Assembly: GCA_964016885.1 (NCBI GenBank)
Contig: OZ024741.1
Location: 345,526,001-345,590,000 of the forward strand
DNA from: Eledone cirrhosa
Taxonomy: Eukaryota
Reading direction: 5' to 3'
DNA length: 64,000 bases
Every line of letters begins with the position of its first letter. The stretch's first letter is position 1. Below, piece by piece: positions 40,631-53,360 of the stretch. The translations under genes and the position numbers were made by a program. The notes under the pieces were generated by a model. The model made no database searches, was not told the origin of the DNA, and worked only from the letters and a program-made list of their open reading frames with translations.

Positions 40631-43430
40631 GTTCAAGAGTAACCAATCTTAAAGAGAGAGATTGAGATAGTAGAGGAGATATGAGAGGAAAGATTGGTGA
40701 GTTAGTTAGAAGCCAAAGCGTAAAGGCATGTGCTCAATGTGCAATATGCAGTAGAAAGCAGCTAGGTGGCTGGGTTCATGCAGAGGTTAGGTGCGAAGAG
40801 CTGGAAATATTCATTAGTTAAGCAAAACAAGACCACAAATTTCACAAGGAAGACATTATTAAAAGATTGTCAACATATTTAGTTTGATGTAAGGAATGTA
40901 GAGAATAATAATAATAATAATATTAATAATAATAATGCCCGTTTACAATTGTTTCGCTACTCCGTATAATATTTCTGGATCAGATGACTATGTATCATAA
41001 TTGATCTGGTTCAGTTGAAAATAATTAACATATTTAAAAAAACAGAGTGGCTCATCAGAACTCAAAGGAATATAAATTAAAATAATGTTACATAATATAA
41101 TGTTCCATATATTAGTTTTTACTATGGTGCCTTTGTTTCATCAGCTGTCAGCCATAATCAAGCAGTACTCATCTGTCGAGGCTGCATTGTGTGAGATCTG
41201 CCTATGGGTAACAAGATGGCTGCCAAAGGGCATGTTTACCTTACTAATTAGAGGGTGGTTTCAGGGGAAGTAACTTCTCGAGAGATTAGAGATTGTGTGT
41301 ATTTTATAGTTAAGTGCTAGTATTTAAATTATTTAATTGAGAGACAATGTAGGGGAGGTAACTTATAATTATCGAGTTGTTCATAGCAATTTAACTTATT
41401 AGCTACAATTAGAGATGGGGCTACATGACTAAGTTGGGTCAAAAACTCTATTGGCGAAGGAATTAGCCCTTCGATGTTGACAGCTAATGGTTACCTCAGT
41501 TCTATCGTTAATTGGTAGAGGTCTTGATAGAGTTATGTAATACGCTTCCGTAACACAGAGATCACAAGATTTCCTTCGTCCATTGAACGGTTGTGCCCTA
41601 GCTACGATATCCCATTTTAGTGAGTGTTGAACTTTGTTTAATTTAAGGTTTTTAATGAGCCTAGCTAGCGATGTCGAACATCTGTTGCTAGGGTCTCGGA
41701 AGGAAAAAGAGTGCGCGTTATAGCGTACCTTAAAAGGGTTAGAGGTAGACCCGATGTAAGAGCTGGTATTCGAAGCAGTCTCAACTGTGCACCTATAGAC
41801 TATGTTGGGTGTCAGGCAGTGTCCATTTAATGGGCATGAATTGGGGTAGCGGCAGTTGCAGTTGCTTCTGCGGTTAGTGAGAGTAGGGTTATTTAACCTA
41901 AGCCGTTGGTCCGTGCTAGAAGGATTAGATGGGGGAGGTGTGCTACTAGAGTAATTATTGGTGTAGTGGCGTGGTGTATTTGATAGGGGTGGTGGTACCG
42001 CGGTTTGGGAGTTATAGTGTCTTAGCTTATGATGGTTACTGAACGCGATGTGGCTAGCTAGGTTAGGTGTAGTGGAGAATGAGATTTTAACGTTGTTTTT
42101 ATTAAAGAGTTTGTAATATCTATGGTTAGGGGGGAAGTGTTTGGATAGGATAGAGAAGAAGCGATTGGGGATATTAGTGGCTAGATTAGATGAGAATGGT
42201 GGGTTAAGCCAGGTGATATTTCTAGGCCTATTCTTTCTAGGGATTCTAGTGGAGTTGGTAGGGGCCTTCCTAGGGTTATTATTACCTGGGGGTTTGTTAT
42301 TTGTCATCCCATTTCTCATTCCTATTCTAGGGTTGATTCTTAGTTTGCTACTAGGAGTGGGGAGCAGGCCGCTGCCACCATTAAAGTTCCCTGTATAGGT
42401 GCTGTTACTGCTAAAATTCCGGCGAATCTGGCTATATGCTAAGGTATTACTAGTTCTAGTGTTAAGTTTATTATGGTGAGTTGCTGTGTTATGGCATTTT
42501 GGTATGTAATAAATTGATTGTTTATAACCAGATTCAGAGAGAGCCTTATTATAATATTGTGCGTGATTTATAAATATCTCTTCATTTGCTGATAGCATTG
42601 AGATCCTATAGGAGATAGATTTGATTACTGCTCTGATGACTGCCGGTGGGTGGTTAGAGTGTGGGCTAATATATGTGAGTATTTCGCCTGGTTTATGGTA
42701 AGGGTTATAAAGGTTATTGTTGAGATCAAGGGTGACGTCTAGGAAGTTTACTACTTTATGGTTCAGCTCGATGGTGATAGAGAGACCGTTATTTTTGAAG
42801 AATCTATGAAATTGTTTCTTAAGCAAATCGATTCCCCGATTAGTGCAATTGTGGACTGCAAATAGGGCGTCGTCCCTGTATATTCCACCTTGCATGGGTT
42901 GGATTTCGGCTCTGATGTTACGTAATAGGTAAATCCAAACTAAATCGGTGACTTGCGCGGAGTCGCTTGAGCCCATCGTAATGTCAAAGTTATCTGTTCT
43001 ATCTTTTCTAGTCCAGAGTGCTCCGTTGAATTCAATGATAGTCTGCCTAGCCATGAGTACGATGTAAGAGGTAGACCCGATGTAAGAGCTGGTATTCGAA
43101 GCAGTCTCAACTGTCCACCTATAGACTATGTTGAGTGTCAGGCAGTGTCCATTTAATGGGCATGCATTGGGGTAGCGGCAGTTGCAGTTGCTTCTGCGGT
43201 TAGTGAGAGTAGGGTTATTTAACCTAAGCCGTTGGTCCGTGCTAGAAGGATTAGATGGGGGAGGTGTGCTACTAGAGTAATTATTGGTGTAGTGGCGTGG
43301 TGTATTTGATAGGGGTGGTGGTACCGCGGTGTGGGAGTTATAGTGTCTTAGCTTATGATGGTTACTGAACGCGATGTGGCTAGCTAGGTTAGGTGTAGTG
43401 GAGTAGGAGATTTTAATGTTGTTTTTATTA
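40627..43430 (-). mobile_element. Penelope-like element, inverted partial copy (RT C-half + GIY-YIG + pLTR)
   Basis: 40807-43065 is the reverse complement of 44750-47008 (3 substitutions noticed); 43066-43430 is an extra diverged internal fragment; 40627-40806 matches 43663-43845. Confidence 0.93.
40941..41061 (-). ncRNA. Type I hammerhead ribozyme candidate (mirror of 46754-46874)
   Basis: GUU-CUGAUGA-GCCACUCUG...CGGAGUAGC-GAAA-CAAUUG-UA-AAC on the minus strand. Confidence 0.6.
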
Positions 43431-43889
43431 AATATGTTTATTATTTTCAACTGAACCAGATCAATTATGATACATAGTCATCTGATCCAGAAATATTATA
43501 CGGAGTAGCGAAACAATTGTAAACGGGCATTATTATTATTAATATTATTATTATTATTATTATTATTCTCTACATTCCTTACATCAAACTAAATATGTTG
43601 ACAATCTTTTAATAATGTCTTCCTTGTGAAATTTGTGGTCTTGTTTTGCTTAACTAATGAATATTTCCAGCTCTGCGCACCTAACCTCTGCATGAACCCA
43701 GCCACCTAGCTGCTTTCTACTGCATATTGCACATTGAGCACATACCTTTACGCTTTGGCTTCTAACTAACTCACCAATCTTTCCTCTCATATCTCCTCTA
43801 CTATCTCAATCTCTCTCTTTAAGATTGGTTACTCTTGAACTGTGTATACTTGAGCTCCGTAGTTGAGCTATTTACTGTTAGAAGTCACC

Positions 43890-46386
43890 ATGTTGAGAAA
43901 ACAGGAACTCAGAATATCGCTTAAGTCCATACCTATTCCGGACAGAAAGACATACTTCAAACTATTAATACAGAGTGTCAACTCTTTCATCCGAAGAATA
44001 AGATGGAAAGCGTACCACTTTGACCGTGCGGTTGCTGCTGACGCCGGAAGTACAGCAAATAGATATGGATTTGCCACATGCAAGAACCCCCCACACAACA
44101 TCCTGCTGGACCCTTTTGAGAAAGATCTATTCAACTTCGTCAGGAGCATTAAGTTCAAAAAGCATAATAGACACAGGAATAACTTCCTCACTACATTAGC
44201 AACAACTATAATAAAATTTAAGGATAGCAACCTCTTACATGTTATGTCTGACAAAACCAAAAATCTATACACCATGACTCTTGAAATTTACAACCCTTTC
44301 CTTCTTAAAGAACTCAACAGAAATTAAAAAAAGCTACACCCTCCAGTGTAAACGTACTTAACCGAAAAGCCCAGGCTTTGGTTAAGGACTTGCATTTGGA
44401 TAGATTTACCCACCCTTATGTACCAACAACCCCAAGGTTCTCTCTCAAGGACCACAAGCCAAACTTTATAGAGAACCCATCCATTAGACTCATAAGCCCA
44501 ACCACATCTGACCTGGGCCGCATCAGTAAGAACATCCTTGATAGGATAATCCCTGGGCTACAGGATGATACCACCTACAAGTTGTGGTCCAACACCGGCC
44601 AAGTCATCAGATGGTTCTCCGATCTAAGGTCCAAGCAATCTATGAGGTTCATCCAATTTGATATAGACAGCTATTACGCGTCAATAACCCCGGAACTGCT
44701 CAACAAAGCACTAGCCCTAGCAACTCGGACATAACCAATAATGAGATTAACATCGTACTCATGGCTAGGCAGACTATCATTGAATTCAACGGAGCACTCT
44801 GGACTAGAAAAGATAGAACAGATAACTTTGACATTACGATGGGCTCAAGCGACTCCGCGCAAGTCACCGATTTAGTTTGGATTTACCTATTACGTAACAT
44901 CAGAGCCGAAATCCAACCCATGCAAGGTGGAATATACAGGGACGACGCCCTATTTGCAGTCCACAATTGCACTAATCGGGGAATCGATTTGCTTAAGAAA
45001 CAATTTCATAGATTCTTCAAAAATAACGGTCTCTCTATCACCATCGAGCTGAACCATAAAGTAGTAAACTTCCTAGACGTCACCCTTGATCTCAACAATA
45101 ACCTTTATAACCCTTACCATAAACCAGGCGAAATACTCACATATATTAGCCCACACTCTAACCACCCACCGGCAGTCATCAGAGCAGTAATCAAATCTAT
45201 CTCCTATAGGATCTCAATGCTATCAGCAAATGAAGAGATATTTATAAACCACGCACAATATTATAATAAGGCTCTCTCTGAATCTGGTTATAAACAATCA
45301 ATTTATTACATACCAAAATGCCATAACACAGCAACTCACCATAATAAACTTAACACTAGAACTAGTAATACCTTAGCATATAGCCAGATTCGCCGGAATT
45401 TTAGCAGTAACAGCACCTATACAGGGAACTTTAATGGTGGCAGCGGCCTGCTCCCCACTCCTAGTAGCAAACTAAGAATCAACCCTAGAATAGGAATGAG
45501 AAATGGGATGACAAATAACAAACCCCCAGGTAATAATAACCCTAGGAAGGCCCCTACCAACTCCACTAGAATCCCTAGAAAGAATAGGCCTAGAAATATC
45601 ACCTGGCTTAACCCACCATTCTCATCTAATCTAGCGACTAATATCCCCAATCGCTTCTTCTCTATCCTATCCAAACACTTCCCCCCTAACCATAGATATT
45701 ACAAACTCTTTAATAAAAACAACGTTAAAATCTCATTCTCCACTACACCTAACCTAGCTAGCCACATCGCGTTCAGTAACCATCATAAGCTAAGACACTA
45801 TAACTCCCAAACCGCGGTACCACCACCCCTATCAAATACACCACGCCACTACACCAATAATTACTCTAGTAGCACACCTCCCCCATCTAATCCTTCTAGC
45901 ACGGACCAACGGCTTAGGTTAAATAACCCTACTCTCACTAACCGCAGAAGCAACTGCAACTGCCGCTACCCCAATTCATGCCCATTAAATGGACACTGCC
46001 TGACACCCAACATAGTCTATAGGTGCACAGTTGAGACTGCTTCGAATACCAGCTCTTACATCGGGTCTACCTCTAACCCTTTTAAGGTACGCTATAACGC
46101 GCACTCTTTTTCCTTCCGAGACCCTAGCAACAGATGTTCGACATCGCTAGCTAGGCTCATTAAAAACCTTAAATTAAACAAAGTTCAACACTCACTAAAA
46201 TGGGATATCGTAGCTAGGGCACAACCGTTCAATGGACGAAGGAAATCTTGTGATCTCTGTGTTACGGAAGCGTATTACATAACTCTATCAAGACCTCTAC
46301 CAATTAACGATAGAACTGAGGTAACCATTAGCTGTCAACATCGAAGGGCTAATTCCTTCGCCAATAGAGTTTTTGACCCAACTTAG
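43890..46386 (+). pseudogene. PLE reverse transcriptase + GIY-YIG endonuclease ORF with two frameshifts
   Basis: SLKSIPIP, IRWKAYHF, FIQFDIDSYYASI, FDITMGS, GIYRDD, VNFLDVTLDL, HSNHPP; endonuclease CNC..CPL.G.C, IVY..YIGST, CDLC..E, N.R.E..C.H. Frameshifts near 44327 and 44730. Confidence 0.9.
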
Positions 46387-46753
46387 TCATGTAGCCCCAT
46401 CTCTAATTGTAGCTAATAAGTTAAATTGCTATGAACAACTCGATAATTATAAGTTACCTCCCCTACATTGTCTCTCAATTAAATAATTTAAATACTAGCA
46501 CTTAACTATAAAATACACACAATCTCTAATCTCTCGAGAAGTTACTTCCCCTGAAACCACCCTCTAATTAGTAAGGTAAACATGCCCTTTGGCAGCCATC
46601 TTGTTACCCATAGGCAGATCTCACACAATGCAGCCTCGACAGATGAGTACTGCTTGATTATGGCTGACAGCTGATGAAACAAAGGCACCATAGTAAAAAC
46701 TAATATATGGAACATTATATTATGTAACATTATTTTAATTTATATTCCTTTGG

Positions 46754-46874
46754 GTTCTGATGAGCCACTCTGTTTTTTTAAATATGTTAATTATTTTCAA
46801 CTGAACCAGATCAATTATGATACATAGTCATCTGATCCAGAAATATTATACGGAGTAGCGAAACAATTGTAAAC
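46754..46874 (+). ncRNA. Type I hammerhead ribozyme candidate with extended stem II
   Basis: CTGATGA 46757-46763; stem II 46764-46772/46851-46859; GAAA 46860-46863; palindromic CAATTG; GUA triplet; stem I GTT/AAC. Confidence 0.6.
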
Positions 46875-47001
46875 GGGCATTATTATTATTAATATTATTA
46901 TTATTATTATTCTCTACATTCCTTACATCAAACTAAATATGTTGACAATCTTTTAATAATGTCTTCCTTGTGAAATTTGTGGTTTTGTTTTGCTTAACTA
47001 A

Positions 47002-47048
<47 letters not shown>

Positions 47049-47356
47049 AGAGAGAGAGAGAGAGAGAGTTGTATGATGTAACTATCCGACATTTTCTATA
47101 AAAAACAGCTACAAAAAGGACCCAAGTATACAACCCCAAGGCGCCTCTCCAAGCAACGACGACGACAACAGAAATAATAACGCCAGCCACTTAAAACCAA
47201 CAAAGATATGCCAATAGTTTCTTAGCTACCAACTATATGAAGAAATTCTTTCTCACCCAGCCCCAACAATCACCCAGAAATAGCCGCCATTGATAGTTGT
47301 CTGTTTCTCTCTTTCGTTCGGTTCTACTTCATCCATCCATCCATTCATTTATTCTC

Positions 47357-47404
<48 letters not shown>

Positions 47405-48279
47405 TCCCTTTTAATCCCCTCCCTTCTTCAGTAAGTAAAGATGTCGAGCTGTGCAGCAGTTGAAATAAACCAACACTTATTACTAAGAGCAATATCTCCT
47501 TCACATACCACAAACTGTAAACATCAAACAACATCGTATCTTTAAATGATGTTGCTATGGAGAACAGAAATGGAGGATTTAGAAGAAAAGTAGTAACCCA
47601 CCCCTACCTTTAAAAATATACACCAACAATTCTATCATCCCCCCTATCACCAACACTGCTAAATTTCACGTTCACTCCCTACTGGATTCGTTATTTAATC
47701 AAACTTAATTGATTTATACTTAGTCATTGTCTCACTTGACCAACTTTACTAGTATTAGCCATTCAGATAATTACTTTTTCTTATCCCCAAGAGCGTAATT
47801 TTAATTAATTAATTATTTTTGGTTTGCCATATAAATATGTTAGTTCACATTTTACTATTAATGTTTAATACAGCTTGTGTCCCTCAGTGTTTTCGTTCAG
47901 TTTTTGTTTTTTACAAATTTATAACGCTACATCGTATTTCTTCAAGACACTCAGTAACATCATGAATCGATGCATTTTTTCTCTTTGTGATATAGCGACC
48001 ATGCTCCGATCCGTGTTTATTACTATTTCATGCTACAATTTCATTGTCTGTCGCTCTCTGAACCGTTTGAGTACCTACGTAGTGACCATGCCTCCATGCC
48101 CCTAGATCCATACAATAGACTGCAAAATATTGCAAAATACTGTCATGGTACTACACCTGCCAACCTATATAAACTCAAACGGGGAGTACTATATAAAAAG
48201 TGCCCTCCAAACGGGGAAAAATGAGGCAAAATGAGGAGATTTTACATAATGAAAGCTATAACTATTTTTACACAGAGTC

Positions 48280-48482
48280 TCACGACTCCAAATTGGATTC
48301 ACAATCGTGAGGTTGTGAGTTCGATTCGCGGACCGGCGATGCGTTATGTCCTTGAGCAAGTTACTTTATTTCACGTTGCTCCTTCTACCTGGAGTTGCGA
48401 CCAACAGATAGTATTAGCAATTGGAAAGACCAATGGAAACATTGTTTTCTCGGTCCGATTTTACGAAAGTCGATCGACTGTC
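48280..48482 (+). mobile_element. Family-A SINE (5'-truncated)
   Basis: Highly similar to 49540-49735 and 55150-55335. Confidence 0.8.
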
Positions 48483-48840
48483 GATCTCCCTGTCGGACAG
48501 GGAGAGTTGACAGGTCTGTGGTACAATTAGATAGTCACGCACTTATTTCGGAACCATTTGAGCGCCTGCCTAGCATTCCCTTGCTCATCCTTTGAACTAA
48601 TCACTGAGTCCACCCTGACTACTGTTTGTATTGCCCATATAGGTAAATTAGCTTACCTTCACTAGCTTCTGCCTTTCGCTGATGATGGACTCAACTGAAT
48701 GTGTTTACATAATAGACAACATCTGATGCTAAACAGTTTTATGTGTCGCACCTCTAAGCTAAGACCACAAGACTATACGTATGTTCCTAAGAGAAATATT
48801 GTTTACAGTTGATTGTACCTTTGCCATTCACAGTGTAGAG

Positions 48841-49767
48841 TAGGGGGTCTCAAACACACGGCCCGCAAATATTTCTTTATGGCCCATGGCAGAACAATTT
48901 TCGTAACTAATATTTACCTAAAACTTGGTAGTTTTTCCCTGTTTAATAATATTTATAGTACAATGTATTGCAATTTACCCACGAAATACAACAAAATGAA
49001 AACAATCAACCAAAAACGAAACAAAATATAAAATGGAATTTACCAAAAGTAAAAACGGAGTAAAAGAAAATGTGAAACGGAAACCTGTCCCTTTACATTT
49101 TGAACTAATTCACATACTCCACTTACTATCATATGTGTATTTATTTTAACGAAACATTAATGATTTCTACTATAGGTACAAGGCCAGTAATTTTGGGGGA
49201 GGGCAAAGTCTATTAAATCGAAACCAGTACGTTACTGGTACTTTATTTTATCGATCCCGTAAGGATGAAAGGTAAAGTTAACCCTGGATGTGAACTCAGA
49301 ACGTAAAGGTCCGTAACTCTATGCTGCAAAGCATGTTGTCAGACGCTCTACCGATTCTGACAATCCACCGCCTTAATAATAATATTAAATATAAACCTAT
49401 CAACTGTATTGCAGATTAGCCTTATAACTGGTAGAAATCATGCCTTCCATCTCATCTCACTTTTGGCCCACTATGCCCCTTCCCCAGGATTTAATGACCC
49501 ATTTATGTCCGAGAGTGAAGGCGCGTGGTTGAGTGGTAAGAGAATCGGATTCGCAATCGTGAGGTTGTGAGTTCGATTCCTGGACCGGGCGTTGCGTTAT
49601 GTCCTTGAGCAAGACACCTTACTTCACGTTGCTATTTCTACCTGAAGTTGCGACCGATAGAGAGTATTAGCAATTGGAAAGACCAACGGAAACATTATTT
49701 CCTCGCTCCGATTTGACGAAAGTCGATCGACTGTCATTTCATTATGTCCTAGAGTTTGAGACACCTG
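48841..49767. mobile_element. Non-autonomous hAT (Charlie/SPIN-like) element containing two nested SINEs
   Basis: TIRs TAGGGGGTCTCAAAC / GTTTGAGACACCTG; exact 8-bp TSD GTGTAGAG at 48833-48840 and 49768-49775 (NNNTANNN); family-B SINE at 49163-49373 (-) and family-A SINE at 49516-49735 (+) inside. Confidence 0.85.
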
Positions 49768-50587
49768 GTGTAGAGGACATGCAGAACACGGTGGATGCTT
49801 TTGGCGGTGCGGTGACAAAGTTCTATAACACTTAGCCAAGCTATGTCAACGAGCCAAATATACAAATTTTAGTAAACAAAAAAAAAAAAATGTACAAAAC
49901 TACAATAAAAAATTGAAAAAAGCACATGAACACCACCACCACCAAAACAACAACATCAAAACAAAACAGAATAAAAAAAAACCCAAAGAAATTCAAAACT
50001 AAACTAATATAAAATAGAATACGCTACTAACAAATTGATTTATGATTCCAACCGAAAGCTAAGAATAGAAGACAAGTCGACAGATAAAAGAAATATAGTA
50101 TTAGACCAGGTAATTTGTACCTCATCTATAGTTAGATACTCCTAAGGTAACCTTGATCAATAGTAAATTATTATTTTTTCCAGTACGACAAAAAAAAAGA
50201 GACAACACATAGAGCAAACAAACTCAGAGACATACAAAATATACACTCACACATATACACATACTCATATACATACGCAGACACATATACACATACTCAT
50301 ATACATACGCAGACACACATACACATATACACACAGATACTCACATGCGACGCACGCATAAACACACATACATTATTAATGTTTATTTTTTATCTCACAG
50401 TTGGTAAACATTAGTGTTGTACGTAACAAGATACCAATGAGGTAATTATTGGTTTACTAAATTTGGAATTGTATCTGTAACTCGTTGCAGAGCAAATGTA
50501 GCAAGGGACTTCGTCTATAAAGCATGACGTGTTCAGTTTTCTGACCGATGTCTGCATAATTATTAGATATACATAAGCGAAAGACAC

Positions 50588-50763
<176 letters not shown>

Positions 50764-51451
50764 AAACAAACACGTGCATGTGAATGTGTTATCATTCTCT
50801 GCATAGTTTCTATATACCGAATTCCACTCAGAAAGTGTTGGTCAGTCCAGGAGTGTGGTAGTAAACACTTCCTTATCTACACAAACGTATTTGTGTCTGT
50901 ACATACAAATCCAGCTCCTGATACAATTATAGCACCAGAAAACCATTGCTATTGCACATTCCAACTCAGTTTGTTCCGAACACATTCCAGATTTCATAAT
51001 CCTTACCAATTCTAGTATTGAAGTCACCCAGATTGACAACTTTATCAGCCTGAGGAATCATACAGACAAATGATTTCAGTGAAAGATAAAAAGAGAGTTT
51101 TACGTCTTCAGAAGAACACATGATGGAGCGTATACACTCACTAGGGCGATGTAACCGGATGCATCCAGTTACAAGCTATTTCGGCGTTTAAAGACTTACC
51201 TTGCGTCTTCGATTCACTTTGGGCAAAGTTGTTCCACCGTCCACGCGCGGTACATCCGACTTTGGCGTATCAGAGACTCTCGCAGTCTCCCTTCACACCA
51301 CGCGTCTTCACTCAACGCCACTTCGCTAGGGAAAGGGCCAGTCAGTAGCCCCTGACCCTCATGTGACGTCACTCGTCCTGCCGCTTCTGGTCAGGCGTCC
51401 CTCAACGTCCGGTAATCTTCCCCACGGCAGCCCCCACAGGATGTTTTTTTA

Positions 51452-51970
51452 TGGATTTGGGTTGTCTTTTGCTCTTTATGATGTTGTGTGTTTGGAGGAT
51501 ATTGTTCATTCTTGGGTCTCTTTTTAGTAAAGGAGGATGCTATCGAATGCCTCATTGTTGAGGGGGTTGTGTGTGGAGATGTATGGTAGAGTTTTTTGTT
51601 GCAGTTCACTCCTGGGTTTGCGGTGTCTGAGTTCCTGGATGTCTAGTTTTAGGGCATGTTGGAATCCATTGGTGATTAGGGATGGGGGGTAGTTTCTGCT
51701 GATAAGTGTGTTTTGTTTAATTCTTCTAGTCGTGTGTAGCATTTGTATTTGAAACTATTGTGCAGATCCTTCTGGCTAGGTTATAAGGAATTGTCATTTT
51801 GGTGTGTCTAGGGTGGCACGAGTTGAATGGGAGGTATTGTTTGGAGTCTGTGGGTTTGTAGTATATGTCTGTTTCTATTTTGTTGCTTGTTTTCTTGATG
51901 AGGATATCGAGGAAAGGGAGTTGTTCATGGCTGTAATCCATTGTGAATTGTAAGTTAGTGTTGAGCTCAT
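51452..51970 (-). mobile_element. Second PLE family: inverted RT-thumb fragment
   Basis: LPFLDILI...TDIYYKPTDSKQYLPFNSCHP.H.K..IPYNLARRI. Confidence 0.85.
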
Positions 51971-51974
51971 TCAG

Positions 51975-53120
51975 AAGGATTTTGAACTCAAACAGTCTAT
52001 CTTTACTTTCATGCCAGCATTATACAGTCTATCTATACTTTCATACAACATCATAAAGAGCAAAAGACAACCCAAATCCATAAAAAACACCCTCACACAA
52101 GCCAAAATCCAACAAACCTTCACAATAAACCATACAGTAACAAAATGCGGAAGGTCCAACTGTGGCATATGCATAAATCTAATAGAAGGTTCAACATTCC
52201 ATTTTAAACAAGGACAACGTTTCACAGTTAAACACAACTTTACATGTGCATCTGAAAACCTTATCTATGTTTTGACTTGCTCAGGTTGTCTAGAGCACTA
52301 CATAGGACAGACAAAAAATAGCCTCCGTCAACGTCCATAAATCACAAATTAAAATACAGGAATACAGAAAGATTGCATTTAGTGAACATATCGCCAATTG
52401 TGCTCTCAACCAACTTCCAAACTTTAAAATTTTCCCCATTTACAAATTCATAGACAACGCTACTTTCATCCAACGTACCAATAAGGAAACGCATTTCATT
52501 AATAAATTTCAACCAGTACTCAATGCCCTGAAATTCGAACCTTTCTAAAACTGCAACAAACCATCAAACATTTACAAGAGTTACCTCCCTCACACCTTAC
52601 CTAATCCTTTTTCTTAAATAAATTAAATATCACCTATGAAGAATTGCTACCCCTGTATATTAACTCTCTAAAAAAGGAAATCATATCAAACCACAGTCCA
52701 CCATTTGGCTCCTTCACGGAACCATGGTTCAACTAAGCACTCTTGCTATATTAACACATTTTGAACTGCTTAACTTCAATGACTGTGCTTGTAAATAACA
52801 TTAACTTTTCTTCCACATTGACTTTTTACGTTCCACATTATGCACGTTTTTTTTTTCCTTTTTCTTTTTTCTTTTCACTTCTTAAACCTTGTTTGTATAT
52901 AACATTATTCTTTCTGCACCTTCTGTTTAACATGTGCAACACCACACTAATACATTTCAGTATCATTTGATAATGCATATAAATGCTGAAACCGGTAATA
53001 GACAATAATTAAATATATAAATAGATAAATAAATGCCATTGTTAAATAATAAATAAATCAACTAATACCTTAACACCTCACACAAAGTAAAACATCTCGT
53101 TTTAATCATTTTCTAACCCA
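51975..53120 (+). mobile_element. Second PLE family: GIY-YIG 3' half + pLTR
   Basis: KCGRSNCGIC, FTCASENLIYVLTCSGCLEHYIGQT; hammerhead-like TTGATAA-TGCAT..ATGCT-GAAA-CCGG-TA near 52967-52997. Confidence 0.82.
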
Positions 53121-53246
53121 GAAAGAGAGAGAGAGAGAGAGAGAGAGACAAAAAGAAAATTTTTCTTTCTCATAATCGTCTCTTTCTCCCTGTTTTCATA
53201 TATATATATATGTATATCCTAACTCGTGTGCCTCCTCTCCACATTT

Positions 53247-53354
<108 letters not shown>

Positions 53355-53360
53355 GGAGAG

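Larger units (their letters stand above)
43429..47008 (+). mobile_element. Penelope-like retroelement (Naiad-like), near full length
   Basis: Partial 5' pLTR 43429-43662 repeats 46779-47008; ORF from ATG near 43890 to 46386; the locus is bounded by (TA)n. Confidence 0.93.

Noticed and set aside
41429-43450. 673-aa ORF as a novel gene
   Set aside because: Chimeric product of a PLE template switch; lacks the N-terminal RT motifs, and its start lies in antisense pLTR sequence.
46635-46680. Possible SECIS (ATGA...TGAT) in the Naiad-like 3' region, since some Naiads encode selenoproteins
   Set aside because: Poor helix, no apical AA, and the ORF breaks are frameshifts rather than in-frame TGA.
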